Positions 18,561-27,603 of a stretch of 64,000 nt of DNA are shown here, piece after piece. Made by a program: the position numbers and the translations under genes. Numbering within the stretch: the stretch's first letter is position 1; every line of letters begins with the position of its first letter. The DNA comes from Pedobacter sp. (lineage in GTDB: Bacteria; Bacteroidota; Bacteroidia; Sphingobacteriales; Sphingobacteriaceae): the NCBI GenBank assembly GCA_004210715.1, contig SEDB01000010.1, positions 655 to 64,654 on the forward strand, written 5' to 3'. Under the pieces are notes generated by a model. The model had not been told where the DNA came from, did no database searches, and saw only the letters and a list, made by a program, of their open reading frames with translations.

Positions 18561-19835
18561 ATGAAAATAATTATATGGTTATGCGTTAGTGTTTTCTTCC
18601 TAAACCAATGTTTTGCCGCTAAACATTATTGCAACCCGATGAAAGGAAAAATGAGCAATGAAGGGACCTTCGATTCCCCCTGGAGCACTTTGGATTCTGT
18701 ATTCCTCACTAGCAAAGCATTAATGCCGGGAGATAGCATCATTTTAATGTCTGGTAATCATGGTCAACCGATCATTTCAGGAAACCTTAACGGCGATCAA
18801 CCGATTACGATACTTCCTGGAAAAGGGCAGTTTCCTAGAGTAAATAATTTGCAGGTGAGTGGTGGGAGATATTGGAAAATCTTCGGCTTAAAAATTTGTC
18901 CCGACGAAACTGGCTCGTTTAAGAAACGGGATTTCGTTATCATCAAAGCTTCTTCCAGTTTTATTTTGATTGAAAATTTTAATATCAGCTCAACAGATAG
19001 TTGTGTCAATAATTGGTCTGAGGTAAAGATACTGGCAAGGGCAGGTTTAGGGATCAGGGTGGAAGGTGCAGATTGTTCGCTTATAAATAATACCCTTAAG
19101 CAGGTGAGTTTTGGTATTGTAGTTGCAAAAACGGCTGTAAGGACTAAAGTAATTGGAAATAATATTTACGGATTTCTTCATGACGGAATACGGGGCTTAT
19201 CTGATGATTCATTATTTGAGTTTAACCTGGTTGCAGGTTCTTATGGAATTGATGACAATCATGATGATGGCTTTCAAAGCTGGAGCAGCGATGAAGATGG
19301 AAAAGTTGGAATGGGAAAAGTATCAAATGTGATTTTAAGAAATAATGTCTTTATAAGTCAGCTTGATCCAGAACAACCCTTTCCCCAAAAAACAGGTATG
19401 CAGGGCATTGGTTGCTTTGATGGTTTTTTTGAGAACTGGATCATTGAAAATAATGTTGTTTTGACCAATATGTGGCATGGCATCTCGTTTTATGGCGCAC
19501 GGAATGTTAAAATCGTTAACAACACCGTGGCGAATAACCCATTCGCCGGAAAGCCATTCACGCCATGGATCGGGATTTATAGCCATAAAAAATTGGGTAC
19601 GGGTTCTGGAAACATGGTTCAAGAGAATTTTACAACAGGTATAAGTGAACTGAATGGTGTAACAAATGAATCAGGCAATATTAAAGCAGCTGTGTATAGC
19701 TTAAATGAATATTTGGAAAACTGGGAATCATTTCAGATCGGGATAAAATCGAATGTAAAAAAGCGCAATAAAGTTGGTGCCGATACCAGGAAACTGCCTA
19801 AAATTAATTTACAATTGTACCAGTGTAATAAATAA
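18561..19835 (+). CDS. Secreted right-handed parallel beta-helix protein (lyase-like fold)
   Basis: Signal peptide, repeated I.NN strands, NHDDGFQSW, WHGISFYG. Confidence 0.75.
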   Translation: MKIIIWLCVSVFFLNQCFAAKHYCNPMKGKMSNEGTFDSPWSTLDSVFLTSKALMPGDSIILMSGNHGQPIISGNLNGDQPITILPGKGQFPRVNNLQVSGGRYWKIFGLKICPDETGSFKKRDFVIIKASSSFILIENFNISSTDSCVNNWSEVKILARAGLGIRVEGADCSLINNTLKQVSFGIVVAKTAVRTKVIGNNIYGFLHDGIRGLSDDSLFEFNLVAGSYGIDDNHDDGFQSWSSDEDGKVGMGKVSNVILRNNVFISQLDPEQPFPQKTGMQGIGCFDGFFENWIIENNVVLTNMWHGISFYGARNVKIVNNTVANNPFAGKPFTPWIGIYSHKKLGTGSGNMVQENFTTGISELNGVTNESGNIKAAVYSLNEYLENWESFQIGIKSNVKKRNKVGADTRKLPKINLQLYQCNK

Positions 19836-19851
19836 TAAATATACTATTGAT

Positions 19852-22224
19852 ATGGTGTCAACCAAAAAACTGGTTTTTATACTTTCCTTCATTTGTTTTG
19901 GGATGCTGTGCAAAGGACAAGATGTCCCGGTTAATCCTGAATTATTAAGAAAGCCATGGACGGCGTTTTGGATCACCTGCCCGAATGTAGCTCAAAGGGA
20001 TTATGGTGTTTATCATTTCCGAAAAGATTTTACCCTGCATAAACCTGCTGAAAAATTTATTGTTCATGTTTCTGCCGATAATCGATACCGCTTGTTTGTA
20101 AATGGAAAAGATGTATGTAATGGTCCTGCACGGGGTGATCTGTACAATTGGTATTTTGAAAGTATTGATATTGCACCTTATTTAAAAGTCGGAAGAAATG
20201 TAATTGCGGCTCAGGTCTGGAACATGGGTACACTTGCTCCTGTGGCTCAAATTTCCAATCAAACGGCATTTGTTTTGCAAGGGGACAATGAGACAGAATC
20301 GGTGATTAACACCAACTCAAGTTGGAAGGTGATCGAAAATAAGGGATATCAACCCTGTTCAATTGATAACGGCTTACGTTTAAAAACATATATGGTGATT
20401 GGTCCTGGAGATGACGTATCCGCAAACCGCTATCCTTGGGGATGGGAAAAGCCCGAATATGATACAGCCAAATGGTTAACACCACAACAAATTTCAAGTC
20501 CTGTTACAATCGGTAATGGAACCGATAATCAATGGACACTGGTGCCAAGAAACATTCCGTTAATTACTGAAAAGATACAGCGAATGGCTAGGATTGCCAG
20601 GTTCTCGGGAATAAAAGCAGTAAATAATTTTTTAAACGGCTCAAACATCTTAACTATTCCACCAAATAGTAAAGTTAGTATTTTGGTCGATCAGAATTTC
20701 AATACTGTCGCTTACCCTGAACTGGTCTTAAGTAAGGGTAAAGGTTCTTCAGTTAAGCTTACTTACGCCGAAGCGCTTTTTAAAAATGGAATTAAAGGCA
20801 ATCGAAATGATATCGCCGGAAAGGAAATCGTGGGTAATTTTGACATATTCCGCCCGGATGGTATGAATAAAAGATTGTTTAGACCGTTGTGGCTTCGAAC
20901 GTATCGTTTTATTCAACTTGATATCGTTACGATGGACGAACCGCTCGTGCTTAATGATTTTTACGGCATGCAAAGTGGCTATCCCTTCAAAGCGGTGGCA
21001 AGCTTTTCCAGCAATGATAAATCTCTTCAGGATATCTGGAAAGTAGGGTGGCGAACCGCTGAGTTATGCGCCGGAGAAACCTATTATGATTGTCCGTATT
21101 ACGAGCAGTTGCAATATGAGGGAGATACCCGCATACAAGCGCTAATATCATTGTATGTTACTGGTGATGACCGATTAATGCGCAAGGCATTACTGGATTT
21201 TCACCACTCGAGAGTTCCAGAAGGACTTACGCAGGGAAGGTACCCAAGCAACAGGCTGCAAGTCATCCCTCCGTTTTCACTGTATTGGGTATCAATGATT
21301 CATGATTACTGGTTGCACCGCAGTGATGATGCGTTTTTACATCAGTTTCTTTTGCCGATGGAAGAGGTTTTAAAATGGTATGAAAACAACATTGATCAGC
21401 AGAAGCAGATGCTTGGACGCATGAAGTGGTGGAATTTTACTGACTGGAATACTGCATTTAACTTTGGTGTCCCTGATGGTGCTACTGATGGAAACTCTTC
21501 TATTATTACCTTTCAATATGCTTATACCTTGCGACAGGCGTCAAAGGTATTTAAATATTATGGAAAAGATGAGCAGGCCAGTCACTATCTTAAACTTGCA
21601 GAACGGCTAAGCGCTGCTTCTTACAGGTTGTGTTATGATGCAAAAAAAGGAGTGGTAGCGAATACACCGCTAAAGAATAGTTTTAGTCAGCATGCCAGTA
21701 TCATGGCGATACTTTCCGGGGCAGTTCCCGAAGCTGAGGAAAAAGTTTTGTTAAATCAGGTTTTAACAGATACTACATTAAGCCAAGCTACTTTTTACTA
21801 CAGGTTTTATCTAAATCAGGCCTTGAAAAAGGCTGGGATGGCAGATCTGTATTATACTCAGTTGAGGCCCTGGAGAGAGATGTTGCAGAATGGCCTAACT
21901 ACATTTGCTGAAAATCCAGATCCTACCCGATCAGATTGCCATGCTTGGAGCGCCAGTCCGAATTATGATTTCCTTGCAACCATCTGCGGCATTATGCCTG
22001 ATGATGCTGGTTTTAAAAGAGTATTGATCCAACCAGCGCTAGGGGAGCTCAATGAAGTCACTGGCCAAATGCCTCATCCTAGTGGAATGATCGATGTCTC
22101 GCTGAAAAGAACTGGTGACAGAATACAAGGTCAGGTAATATTACCACCAAATGTATCCGGGGTATTTAAATGGAAAGATAAAACAGTCAAACTGGTTGGA
22201 GGTGCGCAGAAAATAGAATTCTAA
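19852..22224 (+). CDS. Alpha-L-rhamnosidase-related protein (GH78-like)
   Basis: SADNRY.LFVNG, DCPYYEQLQY.GD, RSDCHAWS; start taken at MVSTKK. Confidence 0.88.
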   Translation: MVSTKKLVFILSFICFGMLCKGQDVPVNPELLRKPWTAFWITCPNVAQRDYGVYHFRKDFTLHKPAEKFIVHVSADNRYRLFVNGKDVCNGPARGDLYNWYFESIDIAPYLKVGRNVIAAQVWNMGTLAPVAQISNQTAFVLQGDNETESVINTNSSWKVIENKGYQPCSIDNGLRLKTYMVIGPGDDVSANRYPWGWEKPEYDTAKWLTPQQISSPVTIGNGTDNQWTLVPRNIPLITEKIQRMARIARFSGIKAVNNFLNGSNILTIPPNSKVSILVDQNFNTVAYPELVLSKGKGSSVKLTYAEALFKNGIKGNRNDIAGKEIVGNFDIFRPDGMNKRLFRPLWLRTYRFIQLDIVTMDEPLVLNDFYGMQSGYPFKAVASFSSNDKSLQDIWKVGWRTAELCAGETYYDCPYYEQLQYEGDTRIQALISLYVTGDDRLMRKALLDFHHSRVPEGLTQGRYPSNRLQVIPPFSLYWVSMIHDYWLHRSDDAFLHQFLLPMEEVLKWYENNIDQQKQMLGRMKWWNFTDWNTAFNFGVPDGATDGNSSIITFQYAYTLRQASKVFKYYGKDEQASHYLKLAERLSAASYRLCYDAKKGVVANTPLKNSFSQHASIMAILSGAVPEAEEKVLLNQVLTDTTLSQATFYYRFYLNQALKKAGMADLYYTQLRPWREMLQNGLTTFAENPDPTRSDCHAWSASPNYDFLATICGIMPDDAGFKRVLIQPALGELNEVTGQMPHPSGMIDVSLKRTGDRIQGQVILPPNVSGVFKWKDKTVKLVGGAQKIEF

Positions 22225-22299
22225 CAGTTTATACTTTAGTAAGTTGCTTAAAAATGGTTGAGCGCTTCAAGAAATTTAAGAAAGAAAAACTGAAGGAAA

Positions 22300-22974
22300 A
22301 AGCTAAACAAGGATATTGGTAACATCTAGATTCCTGGTAATAATGATTTCAGGGGAGGCACATGGACAGCATGACTAGGGTGTTACATGAGCAATTTCGT
22401 GAATTAATGATATGCATATCAAATGCTGGATTATTGAACTAAGAATCAATACTGGTGGAAATATGTATCCTATTATTGCTGCTCTGAGCGACCTGATTGG
22501 GGAAGGGAAGGTTGGTAGTTTTCTCACGCCGGATAAACAATCTGATGGAAACTGGATAATTAAAAATGCATCGCTTTATGTTGGGCGCATAAAGGTGTCG
22601 CCTGTCCGGATCGAAGGCTATGCGATCAAGTAAACCTCCCTATTGCTGTGCCTGTAGGTTTCACTACCTTAACTTCTGGTGAAATGACAGGAATTACAAC
22701 AATAGGAAGGCAAAAAAATCAGTTCATATTGATGTTATTAATTGAGGTTTTACAACCAAAAAATTTGGGGTTTGTACTGAATAAATGCTCCGGTCTTAAT
22801 TTGGCAGTAGATTATGCTCCTGGCAAAAATTGTAAAATCTATCCGGAGAATATAGCGCCGGAAATTCTTATCCTGCATGGTATAATTCCGAAATTAGCTG
22901 ATAACTTAAAAGTTAAAGGAGCGCTGATTTGGCTTAGAAAAAAAGATAGATCAATAGCTAAAGTAATGAGATAA
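22300..22974 (+). pseudogene. Degenerate S41-family peptidase remnant (5' limit approximate)
   Basis: WIIELRINTGGNMYP (S41 DLR.N.GG motif) and T.TSGE in different frames, with stops; N-terminus absent. Confidence 0.7.
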
Positions 22975-23039
22975 ACGAAGTTGACATGCCTTCGATCGCT
23001 GAATGGAATATCTTGATAGAAAAAATACAATACTAACCC

Positions 23040-23735
23040 TCAAATAGAGCTTTTATACTCTGCAGTTTCGGAGTGCCTTTGCGTATACTCGATTTTGGGG
23101 AGAATGATTAGTCCCTCATATGGGTCTCCAACCGTTTCATACTCATCAGCCAGAAAGAAAAGTCCACCTACTGCTGCACATATAGCATCGATCTCGTCAT
23201 GACTGATCCGGGTTTTTGAAAATTGCCCGGTTAATCCAAATTCAGCGAGACCTGTAATGAGGGAGTTAAGGTTTTTCTGTTTTCTGGGAAGTCCAAGTAT
23301 ATCCTGAATTCCTCCGGGAAAGCTTTCGATCACTTGATATCCAAGTGTTCTAAACGTATCTGCCAGGGAAATCCCTCGCAGCGTCAGTTTCTGCATGCTC
23401 CGGATCAGCGGCGGATAGGACCTGATCCCCCTCTTTAACATCTCCCGTTCACATGCTCGTGTTATTCCATAACGCTGCCGCCCCGGATCATCATCATATA
23501 CTGAAATCCTTCCTGCAGGGAGCGATAGTGGAGAGTCAAGTACAATTACGCCTGGATTTACTTTTATTGTTTCCGCTATGAGTTCAGCATCTGTAAATAT
23601 TCTCCTTGTGCTAACCGCTAGGTTACCGATGGCAGCCCATCCCGAAGCTTTAGAAGCTGAACCAGTTAAATCAATACCAACCGCGGGCAGTTCGGTAGTA
23701 GGTATATGATTTCCAATCTCTGGCCTGGTTTCCAT
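23040..23735 (-). CDS. DUF429 family predicted nuclease (RNase H-like fold)
   Basis: VGIDL.GS, DSPLSLP, R.CERE, IESFPG, DEIDA; minus-strand TATCTTTG at 23781-23788. Confidence 0.8.
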   Translation of the reverse strand: METRPEIGNHIPTTELPAVGIDLTGSASKASGWAAIGNLAVSTRRIFTDAELIAETIKVNPGVIVLDSPLSLPAGRISVYDDDPGRQRYGITRACEREMLKRGIRSYPPLIRSMQKLTLRGISLADTFRTLGYQVIESFPGGIQDILGLPRKQKNLNSLITGLAEFGLTGQFSKTRISHDEIDAICAAVGGLFFLADEYETVGDPYEGLIILPKIEYTQRHSETAEYKSSI

Positions 23736-24219
23736 ATCAAAATGAAGATTCGTTAAAGGTATGCTTGAAGTTTACTTGTACAAAGATACCATAATCACGA
23801 CATTCGATATAGATTATCTTTTTTTGATAAATAAACCTTAAGAAACATTTGAGGTTCATGATTTTTATCGCTGGGAATGCACCCTTTTGCTTGAGTAATC
23901 TTTACAAAACAATACCATGTTTATCATTTTTATGATATCACAATGTAATGCAGTTGATTCCACGATCATGGTCGAGAGTAGATGTTATATTTAGTGCGCT
24001 GTCAAATTTCACTGAATTCCACTCACTAATCCTTTAATCCATAATACACGCCAAGAACTGAATGCGATGGAATCGATGTAAGTATCATCATGCAGCAAAA
24101 CTAAAAACGCAGATTTCGTACATCTTCGCAAATAATTTTAGTTGATCAATGCTGAATTGTAGGGCATTTAAATTAATGATGGGGATAGAGTTTATGGAGG
24201 TTTTTGTTAACTTACCTAA

Positions 24220-24756
24220 ATGAGCGCAGCGCGTCAAACCAACTTATTAGACTTCGTAACTGTTCAACATGGAGAGCAGAAGCGAAAATATACCGGTGAA
24301 CCATATACTGTTCACCTGGTTGCTGTAGCCGAATGCGCCGAAGCAAACAACTTGAAGTTTGGATATGAAATTGGACTATGTCATGATTTATTTGAGGACA
24401 CCGCTTGTACGGATCAGCAACTGAGAACTGCATTGGAGGCCTATGGATACATGACAAACGAGATTGATTTCATCCTGCAAGGAACGTGGGATTTAACTGA
24501 TAAATTTATATCGGCTGATTATCCAAATTTCAACAGAAAGCAAAGGAAAGCCATGGAGGTGGAGCGACTGGCAACCATCAGCGCAAATAGTCAATCAATA
24601 AAATATTGTGATTTGATCGATAACACTAAATCGATTGTCCGGCATGACCGGAATTTCGCCCGGGTTTATCTTACTGAGAAAGCTAACCTACTAAAGGTTA
24701 TGAATAAGGGTGATCAGACACTTCACGAGTTGGCGGTGAAAAACACCCTAAGTTAA
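24220..24756 (+). CDS. Stand-alone HD-domain hydrolase, RelA/SpoT-hydrolase (Mesh1/SAH)-like
   Basis: H..QKRKYTGEPY.VH, LCHDLFEDT, IKYCDLIDN. Confidence 0.82.
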   Translation: MSAARQTNLLDFVTVQHGEQKRKYTGEPYTVHLVAVAECAEANNLKFGYEIGLCHDLFEDTACTDQQLRTALEAYGYMTNEIDFILQGTWDLTDKFISADYPNFNRKQRKAMEVERLATISANSQSIKYCDLIDNTKSIVRHDRNFARVYLTEKANLLKVMNKGDQTLHELAVKNTLS

Positions 24757-24764
24757 TGGCTATT

Positions 24765-25130
24765 TTAAATCCTTCTGAGTTTTCTAAAGGCTAAAAATCC
24801 GGCTATTGTTAATACGCCATAAACATATTGATCAAGATCGCATTGTACAGGTCCCGTCGCTGTGTATAAAATATAATTGTACTCATCATGTAGTGTGCCA
24901 CCCAGAACAAATTGGCATTTTACTCCTGTAGTTGTTCCCAATTGGCTTCTCGGGCAAACATTTGGTGTTGTTGTGTATCTGTTGCCCAAAAGTTCATAGT
25001 AGCCGAAGATATTCTTTTGTGAATATAGAAAACCATCTGAGGCCCGGAAGCATCCGATACCTGACTGGCTTTTTGCTTCAATAGCAATTAAACTCATCAA
25101 AAAATATAAAAATAACATTAACCTTCTCAT
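24765..25130 (-). CDS. Small secreted Cys-containing protein with a C-terminal sorting-like tail
   Basis: Signal peptide MRRLMLFLYFLMSLIAIEAKSQ; four Cys; ends CDLDQY-hydrophobic helix-RKLRR. Confidence 0.65.
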   Translation of the reverse strand: MRRLMLFLYFLMSLIAIEAKSQSGIGCFRASDGFLYSQKNIFGYYELLGNRYTTTPNVCPRSQLGTTTGVKCQFVLGGTLHDEYNYILYTATGPVQCDLDQYVYGVLTIAGFLAFRKLRRI

Positions 25131-25424
25131 AATGAAATACATGGTATGCGAAGGTATCCACAAGAAAAAGAAAGGTGAGTGAATGAATGACTTGAACAGA
25201 GAAATCCGGCTAAATCAGGTAGTTAGAACGCGCTAAATACCTGATATAATGTTGTTTTACCTGTCAGCAGAGATATAAGGTACTTAAATGATGATATTGA
25301 ATAAGCGGTCAGGCAGCTACCGCCTAACCGCTAAATCATTACTAAACATCCGTTCATGACACCGGATACTGTATCAACAGGCGAATTTCTAATTTAGTTT
25401 TAATTTTGTCCCTTGGCGAAAGCA

Positions 25425-25575
25425 AACGAAAAAGGCCATCTCACGACAGCCTTAAATTATTATAAACCAAACTAACAAAGTATTTAGGAAGGGGGATAGC
25501 ATGATAGATATTCCCCCTTTGATGATCGATCAACTAACCAAAGTATCAGATCATGTTTTTCATAGGTGATAGATA
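25425..25575 (-). ncRNA. Candidate small RNA (ends approximate)
   Basis: Minus-strand terminator with GTGA tetraloop (25432-25453), internal GGGGG/CCCCC hairpin, repeated ATACTTTG(G)TTAGTT; no CDS ends at this terminator. Confidence 0.4.
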
Positions 25576-25708
25576 AACTGTAATCTCAATATTTTGTTTT
25601 AAAAATATAGAATTTTTAGCTGCAGTGATATCTAGTGTGAACGGTTCCTGCTTAGTTTAAAACATTTTTTGTGTTTTCCAGTTATTTGGATGTTCTATCC
25701 TTATTATT

Positions 25709-25884
25709 ATGAATACCTTAAAAAAGTTTACCGGAACGGTAAACAGGCACAGCTGTCCGCGTTGTAAAAACTTTGAAACCTATCGGATACCAAGAGGTTT
25801 TGTATTTAAGAAAATTTTGACTTTATTTCAGTAAAAAGGTATAAATGTGATCGGTGTATGAATAAATTTCACTCGTTAAACTGA
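25709..25884 (+). pseudogene. Small zinc-ribbon protein with 1-bp frameshift
   Basis: MNTLKKF...CPRC...RIPRG in one frame and KRYKCDRCMNKF in another; span is 176 nt, one short of a multiple of 3. Confidence 0.6.
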
Positions 25885-26305
25885 AGGTTAGCTTCGATTT
25901 CGCGCACTAAAACCATTTGCATTCTGGGAAAGTTCAACTGCCGCTCAGCTAACCATGCATTTTTTCATAGAATTGCGGGGAATATTTGTCAAGTGGGAGT
26001 AGCCTCACTTAAAAAAGGCTTTAACTAAAAATCACAATAGCGCATTATGCCTCAAGTTTTTCGGTTGAGCCTCCGGAACGACAGGGTTATGTGGTTTTAA
26101 GTAAATGATCCAGTTCAACCTACCAATGTTTTGAGCAGTTCATCTTATTTATGAATTTCACCCAGGCATTCTCTGCAAAGTCTCGCTTCATGTATTTTTG
26201 ATAACCGAGTATGAGCGATACCAACATGTCTTCGGCGTGGAACTTTGCTGGAAAAATCATTGTAATATTTCAATTTTCTATTATTTTAGGATAAAAAATC
26301 ATCCC

Positions 26306-27061
26306 ATGTCAGAAATTCCGGACTTGGCCGTAATGGCTAAAAATCTCGAAAAAAGACTTGTTAATCATACTGTAAAAGATGTGGTGCTGCACGTTAGTAA
26401 AAATGCGAATGCCACTGAAAATGGTTTTTACGGCGCCTTGGTCAATCATAAAATCAAATCGCTATGTCGGGAGGGAAAAGATTTGCATATTGAAATAGGA
26501 GATCATATATTGGCATTGCGTTTAATGCTTCATGGAGAATTAAGATTAGTGGTTGCAGAATTTCCGAAATTTCCAATATTCGAACTTGATTTTGGTGGAA
26601 TGCGATTGTGTTTAACGGACTTTCAAAGTCAGGCTAGACCAATACTTAATCCAGACCCTGTAGTAGTGCCGGACGCACTGGACGTTTCATTTACTTTCTT
26701 TCATCAGATGTTAGAGAGAAAAAAGAGCGATATCAAAGCTGTTTTGACTGACCAGAAAAATATCAGAGGGATTGGAAATGCATACGCAGATGAAATTCTT
26801 TATGATGCAGGTATCGCTCCACATTCAATTGCAAATAAGGTACCTGCCGAAAAGCTTTTTAAATCCATGCGAACTGTGTTAATTCAAGCCATTGAAAGAA
26901 TAGGTATGTCGGACCCGGATCGAATAACGGGTGAGAATCGTAGTTTTATGAAGGTTCATTTGCCGGATAAATTACAAACGCTAAAAGGAGAAACAATCCT
27001 GGTAGATAAAAAGGGAACTCGTAAGTCTTATTATGTAAAAAGCCAAAGTTTCTATAAATGA
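26306..27061 (+). CDS. Fpg/Nei family DNA glycosylase (H2TH, no zinc finger)
   Basis: Start MSEIPDL (family consensus MPELP), R.GK, LMLHG, GIGNAYADEILY. Confidence 0.85.
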   Translation: MSEIPDLAVMAKNLEKRLVNHTVKDVVLHVSKNANATENGFYGALVNHKIKSLCREGKDLHIEIGDHILALRLMLHGELRLVVAEFPKFPIFELDFGGMRLCLTDFQSQARPILNPDPVVVPDALDVSFTFFHQMLERKKSDIKAVLTDQKNIRGIGNAYADEILYDAGIAPHSIANKVPAEKLFKSMRTVLIQAIERIGMSDPDRITGENRSFMKVHLPDKLQTLKGETILVDKKGTRKSYYVKSQSFYK

Positions 27062-27603
27062 TAATCCCGGGGCCTGAAGATTGGTTTTATGAAATATTAA
27101 ATAGGAAACCTTGTCGTTTTTCGGACCACGATAGTAAACCCAATATTTCTGTTTTGAATCTTAGTCTATTGAAGGTTAGTCTGAACCATCGCTCTCGTAG
27201 CGGGTCTCGCTTCACTAAAACGTATATTATGAAGAAGTTAGGGATGGACTGCGCTACTTAAGGTTGATGACAACTGCGGTGACAGCAACCCGCAAATGTG
27301 TGCCAATAACACAAATTTATGATTTATAAGTCAGTGACTAGGTTCTTCAAATCTGAGGTATAAAAAAGAGAAAAGGTTAAGTTGTTTTTGCGCTCTGCAT
27401 TCTCTGGCAAAAGGTGTCATGAGGGGGGCTTAGGATATTCAATCTTATTGTCCGGGATGGAATGAGTTGTACAGGGTTACAAAGCACCGTTCAAACAATG
27501 GCCTTTTTTCATTACCATTACCTGAGCACATTTTGTGGATGCTAATTTTAATTTCTTGAAATATGGTGTTGCCATCCAAATTATTTGTGTGGAATTCATT
27601 GCT

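Noticed and set aside
26198-26305. 36-aa N-terminal extension of Fpg/Nei in the ORF track
   Set aside because: The family requires the (P/S)E motif at the N-terminus, so the start is ATG 26306.
27058-27600. 67-aa ORF and possible IS remnant
   Set aside because: No transposase motif, terminal inverted repeats or target duplication found.
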